Notes under the pieces: model-generated
Database searches by the model: none
Seen by the model: only the letters and a program-made list of their open reading frames with translations
What the model was told of the DNA's origin: nothing
Virus record (IMG/VR): IMGVR_UViG_3300005563_000033
Span: 13,353 to 77,352 of that record
Reading direction: 5' to 3' (one strand)
Origin: a virus
DNA: 64,000 bases
Program-made: the position numbers and the translations under genes
Shown: positions 1-8,861 of the stretch, one piece after another
Position numbering within the stretch: position 1 is the stretch's first letter
How the letters are laid out: each line of letters begins with the position of its first letter

Positions 1-136
1 TACCCCACAGGGATCGCAGTCTTTGTACTCGTTACCTTCTTCATCGTAATAAAAAATGTTATTGGGCATACTTTGTTTTTTTAGGTTATCTCATTCCATC
101 CCTGCTAGGGGTAGATGTCTATTAGGGGGGGGGGTG

Positions 137-352
137 CTAAGGCTCCCATTCGTTATCTGGGAAGTCCTCGGGTTTAATATTAATCTTGTGAATTTTCTTT
201 ATCTGACCGACCGGGATGCAAAACTCCTTCAGGAACTTCCGATAGCCCATTTCGTCCCATGTCTCTCGATTAAAGAATAAATCCATCCAGTCGTGAAACT
301 CTATGATCACTACAGGGATAGTGCCGGGGCCTTTAACATTTTTATAGCTCAT
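137..352 (-). CDS. hypothetical phage protein
   Basis: 71-aa ORF in a tightly packed leftward run. Confidence 0.55.
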   Translation of the reverse strand: MSYKNVKGPGTIPVVIIEFHDWMDLFFNRETWDEMGYRKFLKEFCIPVGQIKKIHKINIKPEDFPDNEWEP

Positions 353-364
353 ATTGCTGTTTAT

Positions 365-613
365 TTACTTGGTGGATGGGTTGTTACGCTCCCTTTTGAA
401 TATTTCATATATCTCTGCCGTGGTTCGCTTCGTGTGGCGGCCAACTTTCCAAATACCGTTTCCTGCATAATGCCCCCAGTTTTTGCCATCCATCCACTCC
501 GCAAAAGCAATCGCATTCTTCTCATTCTCCTCTTTTAGCAGCCTATAAGATTCCCTTAAGACCTTTATCTCTTCATCTTTATCGGCGGGGGTGGATAGAT
601 TGTCTGTATTCAT
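365..613 (-). CDS. hypothetical phage protein
   Basis: 82 aa; start overlaps the stop of the upstream gene; N-terminus nearly identical to that of 610..1035. Confidence 0.65.
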   Translation of the reverse strand: MNTDNLSTPADKDEEIKVLRESYRLLKEENEKNAIAFAEWMDGKNWGHYAGNGIWKVGRHTKRTTAEIYEIFKRERNNPSTK

Positions 614-1035
614 GCGTTTTGTTTTATTTGCACATTATCGGGGATTCTTATTTCAAATATTCCTTGATATGGACCAGACACATAGTAATGCCTGAATTCA
701 AAATCTCTACTGAAATAGCGCCAGTCCTTAAGAAGAAGAGACTTTCTATCAGGGTGCCATTCGATGCAAGCCGCCTGTTCATCTTCTTTGAGCATGGGAC
801 GGCCGTCATAGATATTCACAATGCAAAGAGCTTTCCCCGCATTTTTGCTGACCGAATTTGTCTTCCCGCAGCAGATAACAATATCTCCACGGTATTTAAA
901 CAACCTTCCCATGCGCGTCTCTATCGTCTTTTTCTGAATCTTTACCCATTCTGCATAATGTGCCCCGGGATAGTCATTCAATATAATTGCCTTATAGATT
1001 CTTTCTTCCGGGGTGGATAGATTGGGGGTGTTCAT
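610..1035 (-). CDS. ASCH domain protein
   Basis: KKTIETR..KYRGDIVIC..G.ALCIVNI pattern typical of ASCH/PUA-like proteins. Confidence 0.75.
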   Translation of the reverse strand: MNTPNLSTPEERIYKAIILNDYPGAHYAEWVKIQKKTIETRMGRLFKYRGDIVICCGKTNSVSKNAGKALCIVNIYDGRPMLKEDEQAACIEWHPDRKSLLLKDWRYFSRDFEFRHYYVSGPYQGIFEIRIPDNVQIKQNA

Positions 1036-1047
1036 GATGGTTGGGTT

Positions 1048-1323
1048 TTATTGTTTATTCCATTTTATTTTAAATGCATAATCCATAGCGCCTATAAAAT
1101 AGGTCATACTATCTCTCGATACCTTGTATTTTGAAATGGACGCCGAATCTCCCATTATATTTCCGCGCATGTATTTAAGACTGGAATCATAATTTCTACT
1201 ATATCCAGAAATAGCTTCAGTGAAATAGTCCTTATGCTGGGCAACAGGCCGATCACAGGAAAGAGTATTCATGCAAATGAGAATAAATAAAACAGATCGG
1301 GATAGTTCGTTGGGGATTGTCAT
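1048..1323 (-). CDS. putative lipoprotein
   Basis: hydrophobic N-terminus ending in TLSC; DSA/DSM sequons. Confidence 0.5.
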   Translation of the reverse strand: MTIPNELSRSVLFILICMNTLSCDRPVAQHKDYFTEAISGYSRNYDSSLKYMRGNIMGDSASISKYKVSRDSMTYFIGAMDYAFKIKWNKQ

Positions 1324-1595
1324 TGTTGTGTTTTTTCTTGCAATGATTGTATTTCGTCATTCCATATATCTAGGGCACAGCAAATGGTTTCTTTATCCAA
1401 AGAACCCCATACATCCTCTAATCTATGGCCTATTTTGTATTTCGTGGGGTCATAACCACATTTACAGACTACCCATACGTCGCAGGTATCTATTGCGCAT
1501 TGTTCCGAATGGGCCGTAAATTCGGTATTATTCCCGCATTTAGGGCACTTCTCAATCTGCGTGTTTTCTTTTAGATTAAACTTTTTTGTTCCCAT
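1320..1595 (-). CDS. zinc-ribbon protein
   Basis: CPKC...CKCG cysteine pairs. Confidence 0.55.
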   Translation of the reverse strand: MGTKKFNLKENTQIEKCPKCGNNTEFTAHSEQCAIDTCDVWVVCKCGYDPTKYKIGHRLEDVWGSLDKETICCALDIWNDEIQSLQEKTQQ

Positions 1596-1806
1596 CTTTA
1601 ATAGAGTTTTGAATAATACTTCCCCCTTGTTGTATATAGTTATCTACGGCTTTTCGGAAATCTTCTATGGTCTGGTATGGAGTACCTTTCCAAACTATTC
1701 GGCCGTCTTTATCTTTTTCTCCACGGAATCCGCGATAATCCACGAAAAATGCATGTAAAAGCCGTTGAAAACTATTGCCTAGATCAGTCTTTCTCATTTT
1801 ATACAT
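1576..1806 (-). CDS. hypothetical phage protein
   Basis: 76 aa, overlaps both neighbours in the operon. Confidence 0.55.
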   Translation of the reverse strand: MYKMRKTDLGNSFQRLLHAFFVDYRGFRGEKDKDGRIVWKGTPYQTIEDFRKAVDNYIQQGGSIIQNSIKDGNKKV

Positions 1807-2314
1807 TTTTTAATACGCTCTTCCAAGCCCTTTTGCCTTTAATGTCCCATATTCTATTAAAACTTATATTATAGAGCTTAGATAGCTCTTTATATGATTT
1901 TTTTGAATTATATATCTCAATAACTTCCCTTTCTGACAGCCTAGACATATTGTTTTTCGAACCGTTTTGATCTCTATTTCGGCCCCTAACTTTTCTGTCT
2001 ATATTATTCTGTCTTGGGGTTCCCAAAACTAGGTGTAATGGGTTAATACACTTTCTGTTATCGCATGTGTGCCTAATAACTTTACCTTTGGGTATTTTCC
2101 CTTTGGCAAAAGTGTATGCAAATCGAGAGGCACGCCATCTAATGCCGTTAACGCTTACGTATGGATATCCATCACCATTACAAGCGTGTGAGACGCAAAT
2201 ATGACAACCCTCGCTGGATATAATATATAAAATTGGCGTGCGTTTAGGGCCTTTTTTATTTTCTTCCGAATGCCATTTACTATAATCCAGTGTAAGTTTT
2301 TTTATTTGTGTCAT
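1799..2314 (-). CDS. HNH homing endonuclease
   Basis: VIRHTCDNRKCINPLHLVLGTPRQNNID HNH/Zn-loop motif plus C-terminal HTH-like segment. Confidence 0.85.
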   Translation of the reverse strand: MTQIKKLTLDYSKWHSEENKKGPKRTPILYIISSEGCHICVSHACNGDGYPYVSVNGIRWRASRFAYTFAKGKIPKGKVIRHTCDNRKCINPLHLVLGTPRQNNIDRKVRGRNRDQNGSKNNMSRLSEREVIEIYNSKKSYKELSKLYNISFNRIWDIKGKRAWKSVLKNV

Positions 2315-2526
2315 ATTTTTATTATTTCAAGTTTAGAATTATCACTTTCTTTCATTTCTGATAGGGCCATACCCAGATGGTCTTCTGCTAGTGACTTGTC
2401 GCCAAATGAAGTTCCATTTTCGCGCAACCCTTCGTAAGATATCGCCCATCCATGCATCTTTGTACGTTGAAACCTAGCAAAATATCTGTATCTATTATAT
2501 ACTAGTTTAGAAATTAGGTAACTCAT
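2311..2526 (-). CDS. hypothetical phage protein
   Basis: 71 aa, translationally coupled to neighbours. Confidence 0.5.
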   Translation of the reverse strand: MSYLISKLVYNRYRYFARFQRTKMHGWAISYEGLRENGTSFGDKSLAEDHLGMALSEMKESDNSKLEIIKI

Positions 2527-2666
2527 TTAGTGGCTTTTTGTTTGTGGATTGGATTTCGACATTTTTTGCCCACAGCATAAAACCAGCCACAATTACATTT
2601 TTTCCAGCATTTGCATTCTTTCATCCCTTTGCCGCATTTAACACATTTTACAGTGCTATCTATCAT
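2523..2666 (-). CDS. small Cys-rich protein (47 aa, not in ORF track)
   Basis: MIDSTVKCVKCGKGMKECKCWKKCNCGW...; stop overlaps the next start (ATGA). Confidence 0.45.
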   Translation of the reverse strand: MIDSTVKCVKCGKGMKECKCWKKCNCGWFYAVGKKCRNPIHKQKATK

Positions 2667-2687
2667 TTTTTCTAAAGGACTTGGCAT

Positions 2688-3218
2688 TTATTTAAGGTTT
2701 TTAAGTTTATTCTCGTATTCCAGAATCATTTGCCTAAGCTCTTCTCGGCTCCAACGGTGAATTATTTTAGACTCTTCTAGCAATATTTCCGTTATCCCGG
2801 GGTGGTCTTCCTCAAGTCTTTTACCATACTCAGCTTGTAGGCCGTATTTAAATCTGTTATCCGTTCTGGATTGGGGACGAATATTGCGAAGATCAAACCT
2901 CAAATACATGCAATTCCTTGATATATAGTGCCCTGCATCAAGTTCTGAAGGTTTAAATCGCTTACGAGAAGTATAACATTCAACCAGTCCATCGAGCCCT
3001 ACTGCACTATATCTAACCCATTTGCTTACTAATGAATCCAGCCTTGTAATAAGCTCCGAAAGCCCTTCGTCTTTCGCCAACTCTCGTTCTTCCCTGGCAT
3101 AAAAATCTTCTACCTTTGCGCACTGCTGACAGCGTTTTTTCGAAAACCATTGACAAGGACGCCCACAGTTGACACAGATTTTCTCCCTGATTCTTATTGT
3201 TGAATTATGCCTTAGCAT
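2688..3218 (-). CDS. NinG/Rap-like recombination endonuclease
   Basis: LDSLVSKWVR..ECYT..LDAGHYISR...LRFDLRNIRPQ..N..Y...L pattern of NinG; extra N-terminal CxxC pairs. Confidence 0.8.
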   Translation of the reverse strand: MLRHNSTIRIREKICVNCGRPCQWFSKKRCQQCAKVEDFYAREERELAKDEGLSELITRLDSLVSKWVRYSAVGLDGLVECYTSRKRFKPSELDAGHYISRNCMYLRFDLRNIRPQSRTDNRFKYGLQAEYGKRLEEDHPGITEILLEESKIIHRWSREELRQMILEYENKLKNLK

Positions 3219-3363
3219 TATGCCTATTTAATAATTGAAGGGCGCGGGTTGTGTAGTCGTAAAGGTTAATTTCTTTCTCTACACATATTTTCCTAGACTC
3301 TTTTACAACATCCTTTTCGGCCTTGATGGATGCTAATTCCGGCTTCTTTTTCTTTTTAATCAT
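3205..3363 (-). CDS. putative ribbon-helix-helix regulator (52 aa, not in ORF track)
   Basis: MIKKKKPELASIKAEKDVVKESRKICVEKEINLYDYTTRALQLL; first gene of the leftward operon at a divergent promoter. Confidence 0.45.
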   Translation of the reverse strand: MIKKKKKPELASIKAEKDVVKESRKICVEKEINLYDYTTRALQLLNRHNAKA

Positions 3364-3454
3364 AAGCGAATATACAAACTTTGTAGAAAAGTAGAAAAAT
3401 ATTTGTTTTTTATTTTTTCAGCCATTACCTTCACAAAACAAATTCCTTATCACA
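3364..3454. promoter_or_regulatory. divergent promoter region, Bacteroidota-type
   Basis: + strand TTTG (3402) then 20 nt then TACCTTCA; - strand TATATTCG just before the 3363 start; TTTGTAGAAAA at 3380 recurs at 8285. Confidence 0.45.
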
Positions 3455-3925
3455 GTGGACAGAGAGCGTTTCAAAGAGGTCTATGAAGAGCATTATATAA
3501 AGATGCTCAGATATGCCAGAACAATGGTGCATGATCTGGATACGGCCCATGACTTAGTGCTTGACGTTTTTCTGTTGTATCATAAGAATGCAGACATTGT
3601 TAAGTACGACGAAGTTTGGTTAATACGGGCCACCAGAAATTTATGCATAGACCATCTTAGAAGGGTAAAGTTGCATAGAATAATGGAGGATACAATAGAA
3701 TTAGAAGAGTGGGAGCCTTTCAAATGTAAAATTATCGAAGCGGAAGTAGGATACAATCTATCAAAAGAAATAAGTAAATTTCCTCCCAGATGCAGCCGTA
3801 TTGTAACTTTATTTTTGAAGGGGCTTAATAGCAAACAGATAGGGGAAAGGTTGGGGATATCTTCACAAACAGCTAACAATCAGTACTCAATAGCTGTTAA
3901 AAAACTAAGATCACAATTACATTAA
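3455..3925 (+). CDS. ECF-type sigma-70 factor
   Basis: F.EVYEEHY..MLRYA...AHDLVLDVFL...WLIRATRNLCIDHLR region 2; region 4 HTH (GLNSKQIGERLGISSQT). Confidence 0.85.
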   Translation: MDRERFKEVYEEHYIKMLRYARTMVHDLDTAHDLVLDVFLLYHKNADIVKYDEVWLIRATRNLCIDHLRRVKLHRIMEDTIELEEWEPFKCKIIEAEVGYNLSKEISKFPPRCSRIVTLFLKGLNSKQIGERLGISSQTANNQYSIAVKKLRSQLH

Positions 3926-3926
3926 T

Positions 3927-4316
3927 ATGGCCAAAAGAAAAGTAGCGGCCACATCCAGAGCCGCATACGACAGTCTTACAGCAGACAAGCTAAGAGAAGA
4001 TTACAAAAAGATCATGTCTGCGCTTTCGGTGCTTGGTGAGGCAACTTCAGAACAGATAGCCGGTAAGCTGAAATGTAAGCCAGATAAGGTATGGAAGCGT
4101 TTATCTGAACTAAAAAAGGCAGATGTTTTATACAAACCTGGCAACCGCCGCCCTCTTAAATCCGGCTGCATGGGATTTACTTGGGCGCTAACTGAGAAGG
4201 GGAAGCAGATAGTAGAGTCTTCTCAAGAATTACTCCCTGGACAGACAGTTCAAGACTTTTCAAGAGCATTCAACCAGCCATCACAATCTAATAATACAAT
4301 TAATAGGTTATTTTGA
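3927..4316 (+). CDS. winged-helix DNA-binding protein
   Basis: ATSEQIAGKL...VWKRLSELKK..G.RR..SG....W pattern. Confidence 0.65.
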   Translation: MAKRKVAATSRAAYDSLTADKLREDYKKIMSALSVLGEATSEQIAGKLKCKPDKVWKRLSELKKADVLYKPGNRRPLKSGCMGFTWALTEKGKQIVESSQELLPGQTVQDFSRAFNQPSQSNNTINRLF

Positions 4317-4906
4317 AAAGAGTTTTTCACCCTTATGATCTGTGGGAGGATTTTAAGTTTGGGATGTGGCGCAAAGTATCATTTAAAGAGGAACGACATT
4401 TTTTAGAAGCCGCCATAGTATTTACAGGAGATGCTGAATTGTATGGTAGATATATGATTAGAGCGATAAACGAATGGCCCTACGGATGTGAACATAATCT
4501 TAGTTGTGTCGGAATGAATAGACAAGCATGGATAGGACACGCGGCCACTTGTATAGCTATCCACTGCCCTGAATATATTACCCGTCTTGCATGGCATCAA
4601 TTGACTCAAAAACAGCAAGACGACGCAAACGAAAAAGCTGACATAGCAATAAAAACTTGGGAAGAAAATTATGCCAAAGACAAAGATTGGAATAGATGTA
4701 TTGACAGCCGCCCGTCATCGGATTTCATGGACGTTCGACACCTTCGAGAAAGTTTACCTTTCTTTCAGTGCCGGGAAGGACAGTACGGTGATGTTGCACT
4801 TAGTAGCGGAGGAAGCAAGAAAAAGAAAAAGGACGTTTGGTCTGTTGTTGATAGACATGGAAAGTCAATACAAACTAACGATGGATCACGCGACCGCCTG
4901 TTTTAG
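4313..4906 (+). CDS. hypothetical protein upstream of the IbrA-like gene
   Basis: TTG start; protein-like first ~120 aa (HPY.LWED...GM, WP..CEHNL, NR.AWIGHAA); last 236 nt overlap the next gene. Confidence 0.6.
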   Translation: MKRVFHPYDLWEDFKFGMWRKVSFKEERHFLEAAIVFTGDAELYGRYMIRAINEWPYGCEHNLSCVGMNRQAWIGHAATCIAIHCPEYITRLAWHQLTQKQQDDANEKADIAIKTWEENYAKDKDWNRCIDSRPSSDFMDVRHLRESLPFFQCREGQYGDVALSSGGSKKKKKDVWSVVDRHGKSIQTNDGSRDRLF

Positions 4907-5882
4907 CGAATACTCTGATTGTACAGAGCCTTTTTGGTGCTGCCTTGAAATACATCTACGCAATGCCGTAAGTGTTTACGAGCCTCATTGGATAGCGTGG
5001 GACGAAACTAAAAAAGCCAGTTGGGTAAGAGAAAAGCCAGCAATTGCATATCCTACTAATTTCTTTCCTTTTTATCACCGGGGGATGGAATTTGAAGAGT
5101 TTGTACCCGAATTTGGCTCATGGTATGCTGAAGGGAAACCATGCGCCTGTTTTGTTGGTATAAGATCGGACGAAAGCCTTAACCGTTATAGAACAATTGC
5201 CAGTGATAAAAAAATGATGTACGAAGGTCGTAAATGGACATCCTTAGTTCAGGATCAAGTATACAATATCTATCCCATTTACGATTGGAAGACAGAGGAT
5301 ATTTGGACATACCACGGCAAGAGACCAGACAAGCAATATAACAAGCTGTACGACTTAATGTACAAAGCAGGACTAACTATTAGCCAGATGCGTATATGTC
5401 AACCATATGGAGATGATCAAAGACGTGGCTTGTGGTTATTTCACCTTATAGAGCCAGAAACATGGGCACGTGTAGTAGCCAGGGTGAACGGCGCAAACGG
5501 TGGCGCATTGTATATAAACGAATCTGGGAATGTAACAGGGTATAGGCGAATAAGCAAGCCGGAAGGCCATACGTGGCAATCGTTCGCTAAGATGCTTCTA
5601 TCCTCAATGCCAGCTAAATCTCAAATACACTACGACGCTAAGATCAGCGTCTTTATAAAGTGGTGGATGGATAGAGGATACCCAGATGGTATACCAGACG
5701 AAGCACCCTACGAGATGGAAGCGAATAAACTAGCCCCCTCATGGCGTAGAATATGTAAGTCGTTGTTACGCAATGACTATTGGGGTAAGAGTATGGGCTT
5801 CAGCCAGACAAAATCGGAAGCGTACGAAAAATATTTAGCTCTTATAAAAAGAAAAAAAGAAAAATGGAAATTATCAATTTAA
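4671..5882 (+). CDS. IbrA-like PAPS-reductase/PP-loop protein (DUF3440)
   Basis: SFSAGKDS PP-loop, GIRSDESLNR, YPIYDW, MRICQPYGDDQRRGL, PSWRRICKSLLRNDYW. Confidence 0.85.
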   Translation: MPKTKIGIDVLTAARHRISWTFDTFEKVYLSFSAGKDSTVMLHLVAEEARKRKRTFGLLLIDMESQYKLTMDHATACFSEYSDCTEPFWCCLEIHLRNAVSVYEPHWIAWDETKKASWVREKPAIAYPTNFFPFYHRGMEFEEFVPEFGSWYAEGKPCACFVGIRSDESLNRYRTIASDKKMMYEGRKWTSLVQDQVYNIYPIYDWKTEDIWTYHGKRPDKQYNKLYDLMYKAGLTISQMRICQPYGDDQRRGLWLFHLIEPETWARVVARVNGANGGALYINESGNVTGYRRISKPEGHTWQSFAKMLLSSMPAKSQIHYDAKISVFIKWWMDRGYPDGIPDEAPYEMEANKLAPSWRRICKSLLRNDYWGKSMGFSQTKSEAYEKYLALIKRKKEKWKLSI

Positions 5883-6520
5883 TGGAAATAGAAGCGTTGC
5901 CGCTTCATGAAAAAATTGAAGCAATTAATCAGGCAAAACTAGCCTTACACGCTATTTCGCCTTTTAATAAAGAGCCGGTGGACTGTGTGTTGTGGGTAAG
6001 ATCAGATACGGTTACAGCTAATGACTATAACCCTAATGCCGTAGCACCCCCAGAAATGAAATTACTGGCTATTTCTATAGGTGAAGATGGATATACACAA
6101 CCTATCGTAACTTGGGTAGAAGAAGATAGGCGAGAAGTAATTGACGGCTACCATAGGCACCGTGTAGGTAAAGAGGACAAGGAAATAAATGTACGCATAT
6201 TCAACTATCTCCCAGTGGTTACAGCCAACGAAAACAGAACAGACAAAGGAGATCGTATTGCCGCCACTATAAGACACAACCGAGCTAGGGGTAAGCACAA
6301 GATAGACGCAATGAGCGAAATTGTGTTAGAGCTTAAACGTCGAAACTGGTCAGATAAAAAGATAGGTCAGCAATTGGGTATGGATCAGGATGAAGTTTTA
6401 AGATTAGCGCAAATAACAGGGTTGGCTGAAATGTTTGCCGATAGAGAATTTTCAGAAGCCTGGGAAGTTGATAAAATAGACGAAAACGACACACTTAGCA
6501 TTCAAGAAGAAAATCAATAG
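5864..6520 (+). CDS. IbrB-like ParB/Srx-domain protein
   Basis: ANDYNPNAVAPPEMKLL..SI.EDGYTQPIV, IDGYHR, ATIRHNRARGKH. Confidence 0.85.
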   Translation: MEIINLMEIEALPLHEKIEAINQAKLALHAISPFNKEPVDCVLWVRSDTVTANDYNPNAVAPPEMKLLAISIGEDGYTQPIVTWVEEDRREVIDGYHRHRVGKEDKEINVRIFNYLPVVTANENRTDKGDRIAATIRHNRARGKHKIDAMSEIVLELKRRNWSDKKIGQQLGMDQDEVLRLAQITGLAEMFADREFSEAWEVDKIDENDTLSIQEENQ

Positions 6521-6522
6521 TA

Positions 6523-7527
6523 ATGAATATTCCAATTAAAGAATTAAAAAGATTTCAGGCAATGGCCGGCCATGTACAAGGGTCAAACATTCTCCCGGCG
6601 CATAAGTATCTAAAAATAGGTGAAGGCAAGATTGTAAAAAACGTCAGCAGCAGTTTTATAGTCTATGAATGTAAGGCAGCAGATGAAGGGCCTTTGCTGG
6701 TTCATGAAGATGACCTTTTTGGGCTTGTATCCGAAACACCATCCGCTGTAGTATCCATAAACAAGGTGAAAGGTAAGATTGAATTAAATGACGGCATAGA
6801 TGTAATTAAATTGCAGGAAATGCCACCAAAGACGTTTAATGAACCACCCGTGGCAGATAGCGAAAAAGTTATTTTATCGGATGAGTTTTGGGAGGCCGTT
6901 GCCAAAGCGACGCATTTTTCACAGTTTATAAAAGACATGCCAACCTATTACGGCTATGTGCATATAGCTGAAAACTGCGTATGTGCAGGGGATGGAATAA
7001 TAGCCTATCACTATCCGATAGAAGAGGATGTAAAGATTATCATAGAAGGTAAACTAGCGAAGTCAATAGCGGAAGCAAAACCGTCATGGTTCTCACAGAA
7101 CGAAAAAAACGTATTCTTTGAAGGTGCGGGCGTAGTGTTCGGGTTTGTAAAGCCAGAAATAGGCTGGCTGGACATAAAGAGGCTGTTTGCACATGAAAAG
7201 AAATATGCATTCTCGCTGCCTGCCAGCGATATAACATCCTTTGGAAACTTGTCCATTAAGTTAACATCTGATCCAATGGTTACTATTACTACAGGACTAT
7301 TGGAGATGAACGACATGCTACTGGATAAGAACCACAAGCGGGCCGTACCTTCCATAAAGATGCCGGGAGAGTTTACCTACAACCCAAAAAGAATGAACAC
7401 AGTATTGAAAGGCTTAGATGTTGAAGATATAGATTTCAGCGAAAACGGATCAGCATACTACCTTTCATCGAAAGACACAAAAGCAACCGCACTTATAGCA
7501 AAAATTCAAAAACCCCAACAAAAATGA
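6523..7527 (+). CDS. DnaN-like (beta) sliding clamp
   Basis: 334 aa; N-terminal SNILP and C-terminal FTYNPKRMNTVLKGLDVEDIDF resemble DnaN termini; replication context. Confidence 0.55.
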   Translation: MNIPIKELKRFQAMAGHVQGSNILPAHKYLKIGEGKIVKNVSSSFIVYECKAADEGPLLVHEDDLFGLVSETPSAVVSINKVKGKIELNDGIDVIKLQEMPPKTFNEPPVADSEKVILSDEFWEAVAKATHFSQFIKDMPTYYGYVHIAENCVCAGDGIIAYHYPIEEDVKIIIEGKLAKSIAEAKPSWFSQNEKNVFFEGAGVVFGFVKPEIGWLDIKRLFAHEKKYAFSLPASDITSFGNLSIKLTSDPMVTITTGLLEMNDMLLDKNHKRAVPSIKMPGEFTYNPKRMNTVLKGLDVEDIDFSENGSAYYLSSKDTKATALIAKIQKPQQK

Positions 7528-7829
7528 ACAAGAAGACTAACATAGAATACCTGCGAGATTGCATTAAAGGTAATGAGGAAGCTAATGAGTTTCTTGATGC
7601 AGTCATAAAAGAAATTAAGGCTAAGGATAAAAGAGTTAAAGCCTTAGAAGATGATTGCGACTGTGACGAATATGAAGATAGAAGTTATGAAAATACCATT
7701 GACACGGGCATGGAGCCGCTGGAATGGTCATGCCCTAACTTAGGCATCATTTCTTTGATGGAAACATTTGAAGAAAAGTTGGAAAAATTAGGCCACATAC
7801 GTTTAGAAGCAGCTATTAAATCTCTTTAA
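7524..7829 (+). CDS. hypothetical protein
   Basis: 101 aa, coupled start. Confidence 0.6.
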   Translation: MNKKTNIEYLRDCIKGNEEANEFLDAVIKEIKAKDKRVKALEDDCDCDEYEDRSYENTIDTGMEPLEWSCPNLGIISLMETFEEKLEKLGHIRLEAAIKSL

Positions 7830-7853
7830 CACTCAGCACTACAATTTTAAGTT

Positions 7854-8246
7854 ATGGCTAAGGGTATGAGGAAGTTTAAAGATGATTGGCCTTTAATGGA
7901 GATTCATAGACAATATGAAAAGGACGAAGCCATGAAGGCGCTATTTGATGAAATATCTCGGCTAAAGTTCAAGATTGGAGAGCAAGATTCAGGGATTTCC
8001 GAATTAAAATACGAGATAGTTCATACCAAGCCAAAGGAAATAGAGAAGATTGTTGTTAAAGAGGTGGCTGCCACTGCCGGTAAAAAATCAGTAAAGGCAT
8101 GGAAAAAAGACGAATACTTTGCAGAAATAATGAGCCGGTTAGAAAGAGCTAATGAGACTAAAAAAAGATATGAGAAAGACGTTATTTTATGGCGTAACAA
8201 GTACTTTGACCTTCTAGCCAGAACGAACAAAGACGGCCATGAATAG
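7854..8246 (+). CDS. hypothetical coiled-coil protein
   Basis: 130 aa, charged helical. Confidence 0.6.
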   Translation: MAKGMRKFKDDWPLMEIHRQYEKDEAMKALFDEISRLKFKIGEQDSGISELKYEIVHTKPKEIEKIVVKEVAATAGKKSVKAWKKDEYFAEIMSRLERANETKKRYEKDVILWRNKYFDLLARTNKDGHE

Positions 8247-8396
8247 TCATACTTCTATATATTGTTTCTATTGTGAAAAATAAATTTGTAGAAAAATTTG
8301 CTCATCTGCAAAAAGATTGCCACCTTAGTCTTCCAATGAACTTTTTAAAGCCCTCTACATGCTAAATCATTTTACATAATTGTATCTAGGTATTGA

Positions 8397-8489
8397 CCGG
8401 GAAGCAGTACTGAGAGACTAAAAATAATTCGTGGTGACACGAAGATAAAGTAGTCCCCCATTCTTCCCGGATGGGGGCTATTTATTTTT
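8397..8489 (+). promoter_or_regulatory. terminator/antiterminator leader before the replication genes
   Basis: hairpin 8451-8480 plus T-rich tail; its centre CTTCCCGG (8463-8470) is complementary to upstream CCGGGAAG (8397-8404). Confidence 0.5.
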
Positions 8490-8861
8490 ATGGAATACGA
8501 AGAACTACTAAAGGATGAGAGGTGGCAAGCAAAAAGAAAAGCGATTTTACATAGAGACAATCACCAATGTAAGATAAAAGGCTGTAGGTCAAAGAAAGGG
8601 CTTGACGTTCATCATTATTTCTACATGAGTAAAGACCTTGCACCGTGGGAATATTCGGACGACTGCTTATTAACCTTATGCCGGTATCATCATAGTCAGT
8701 ACCATGATCTTGTTGCGAAAATGGAAGCCAGATTGTGCCTTACTTTAAAAACCAAAGGCTTCATGCTTGGCGATTTATTGGCCTTATCCACTCTTTTTGA
8801 CACGGATGCGGAATTTACCCAATCCCTATTAAGCACCTTAAGAGACATGCAGAATGGCTAA
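8490..8861 (+). CDS. HNH endonuclease
   Basis: W..KR..IL.RDNHQC...C....LDVHH..Y......WEY....LLTLC..HH. Confidence 0.8.
   Translation: MEYEELLKDERWQAKRKAILHRDNHQCKIKGCRSKKGLDVHHYFYMSKDLAPWEYSDDCLLTLCRYHHSQYHDLVAKMEARLCLTLKTKGFMLGDLLALSTLFDTDAEFTQSLLSTLRDMQNG

Noticed and set aside
125-134. G10 tract (and C-rich tract at 63985-64000) as phase-variation sites or terminal repeats
   Set aside because: Not in a credible coding frame, flanks do not match each other, and variability cannot be judged from one sequence.
8410-8445. Hammerhead ribozyme in the replication leader
   Set aside because: CTGAGAG does not fit the CUGANGA core and no GAAA core follows.
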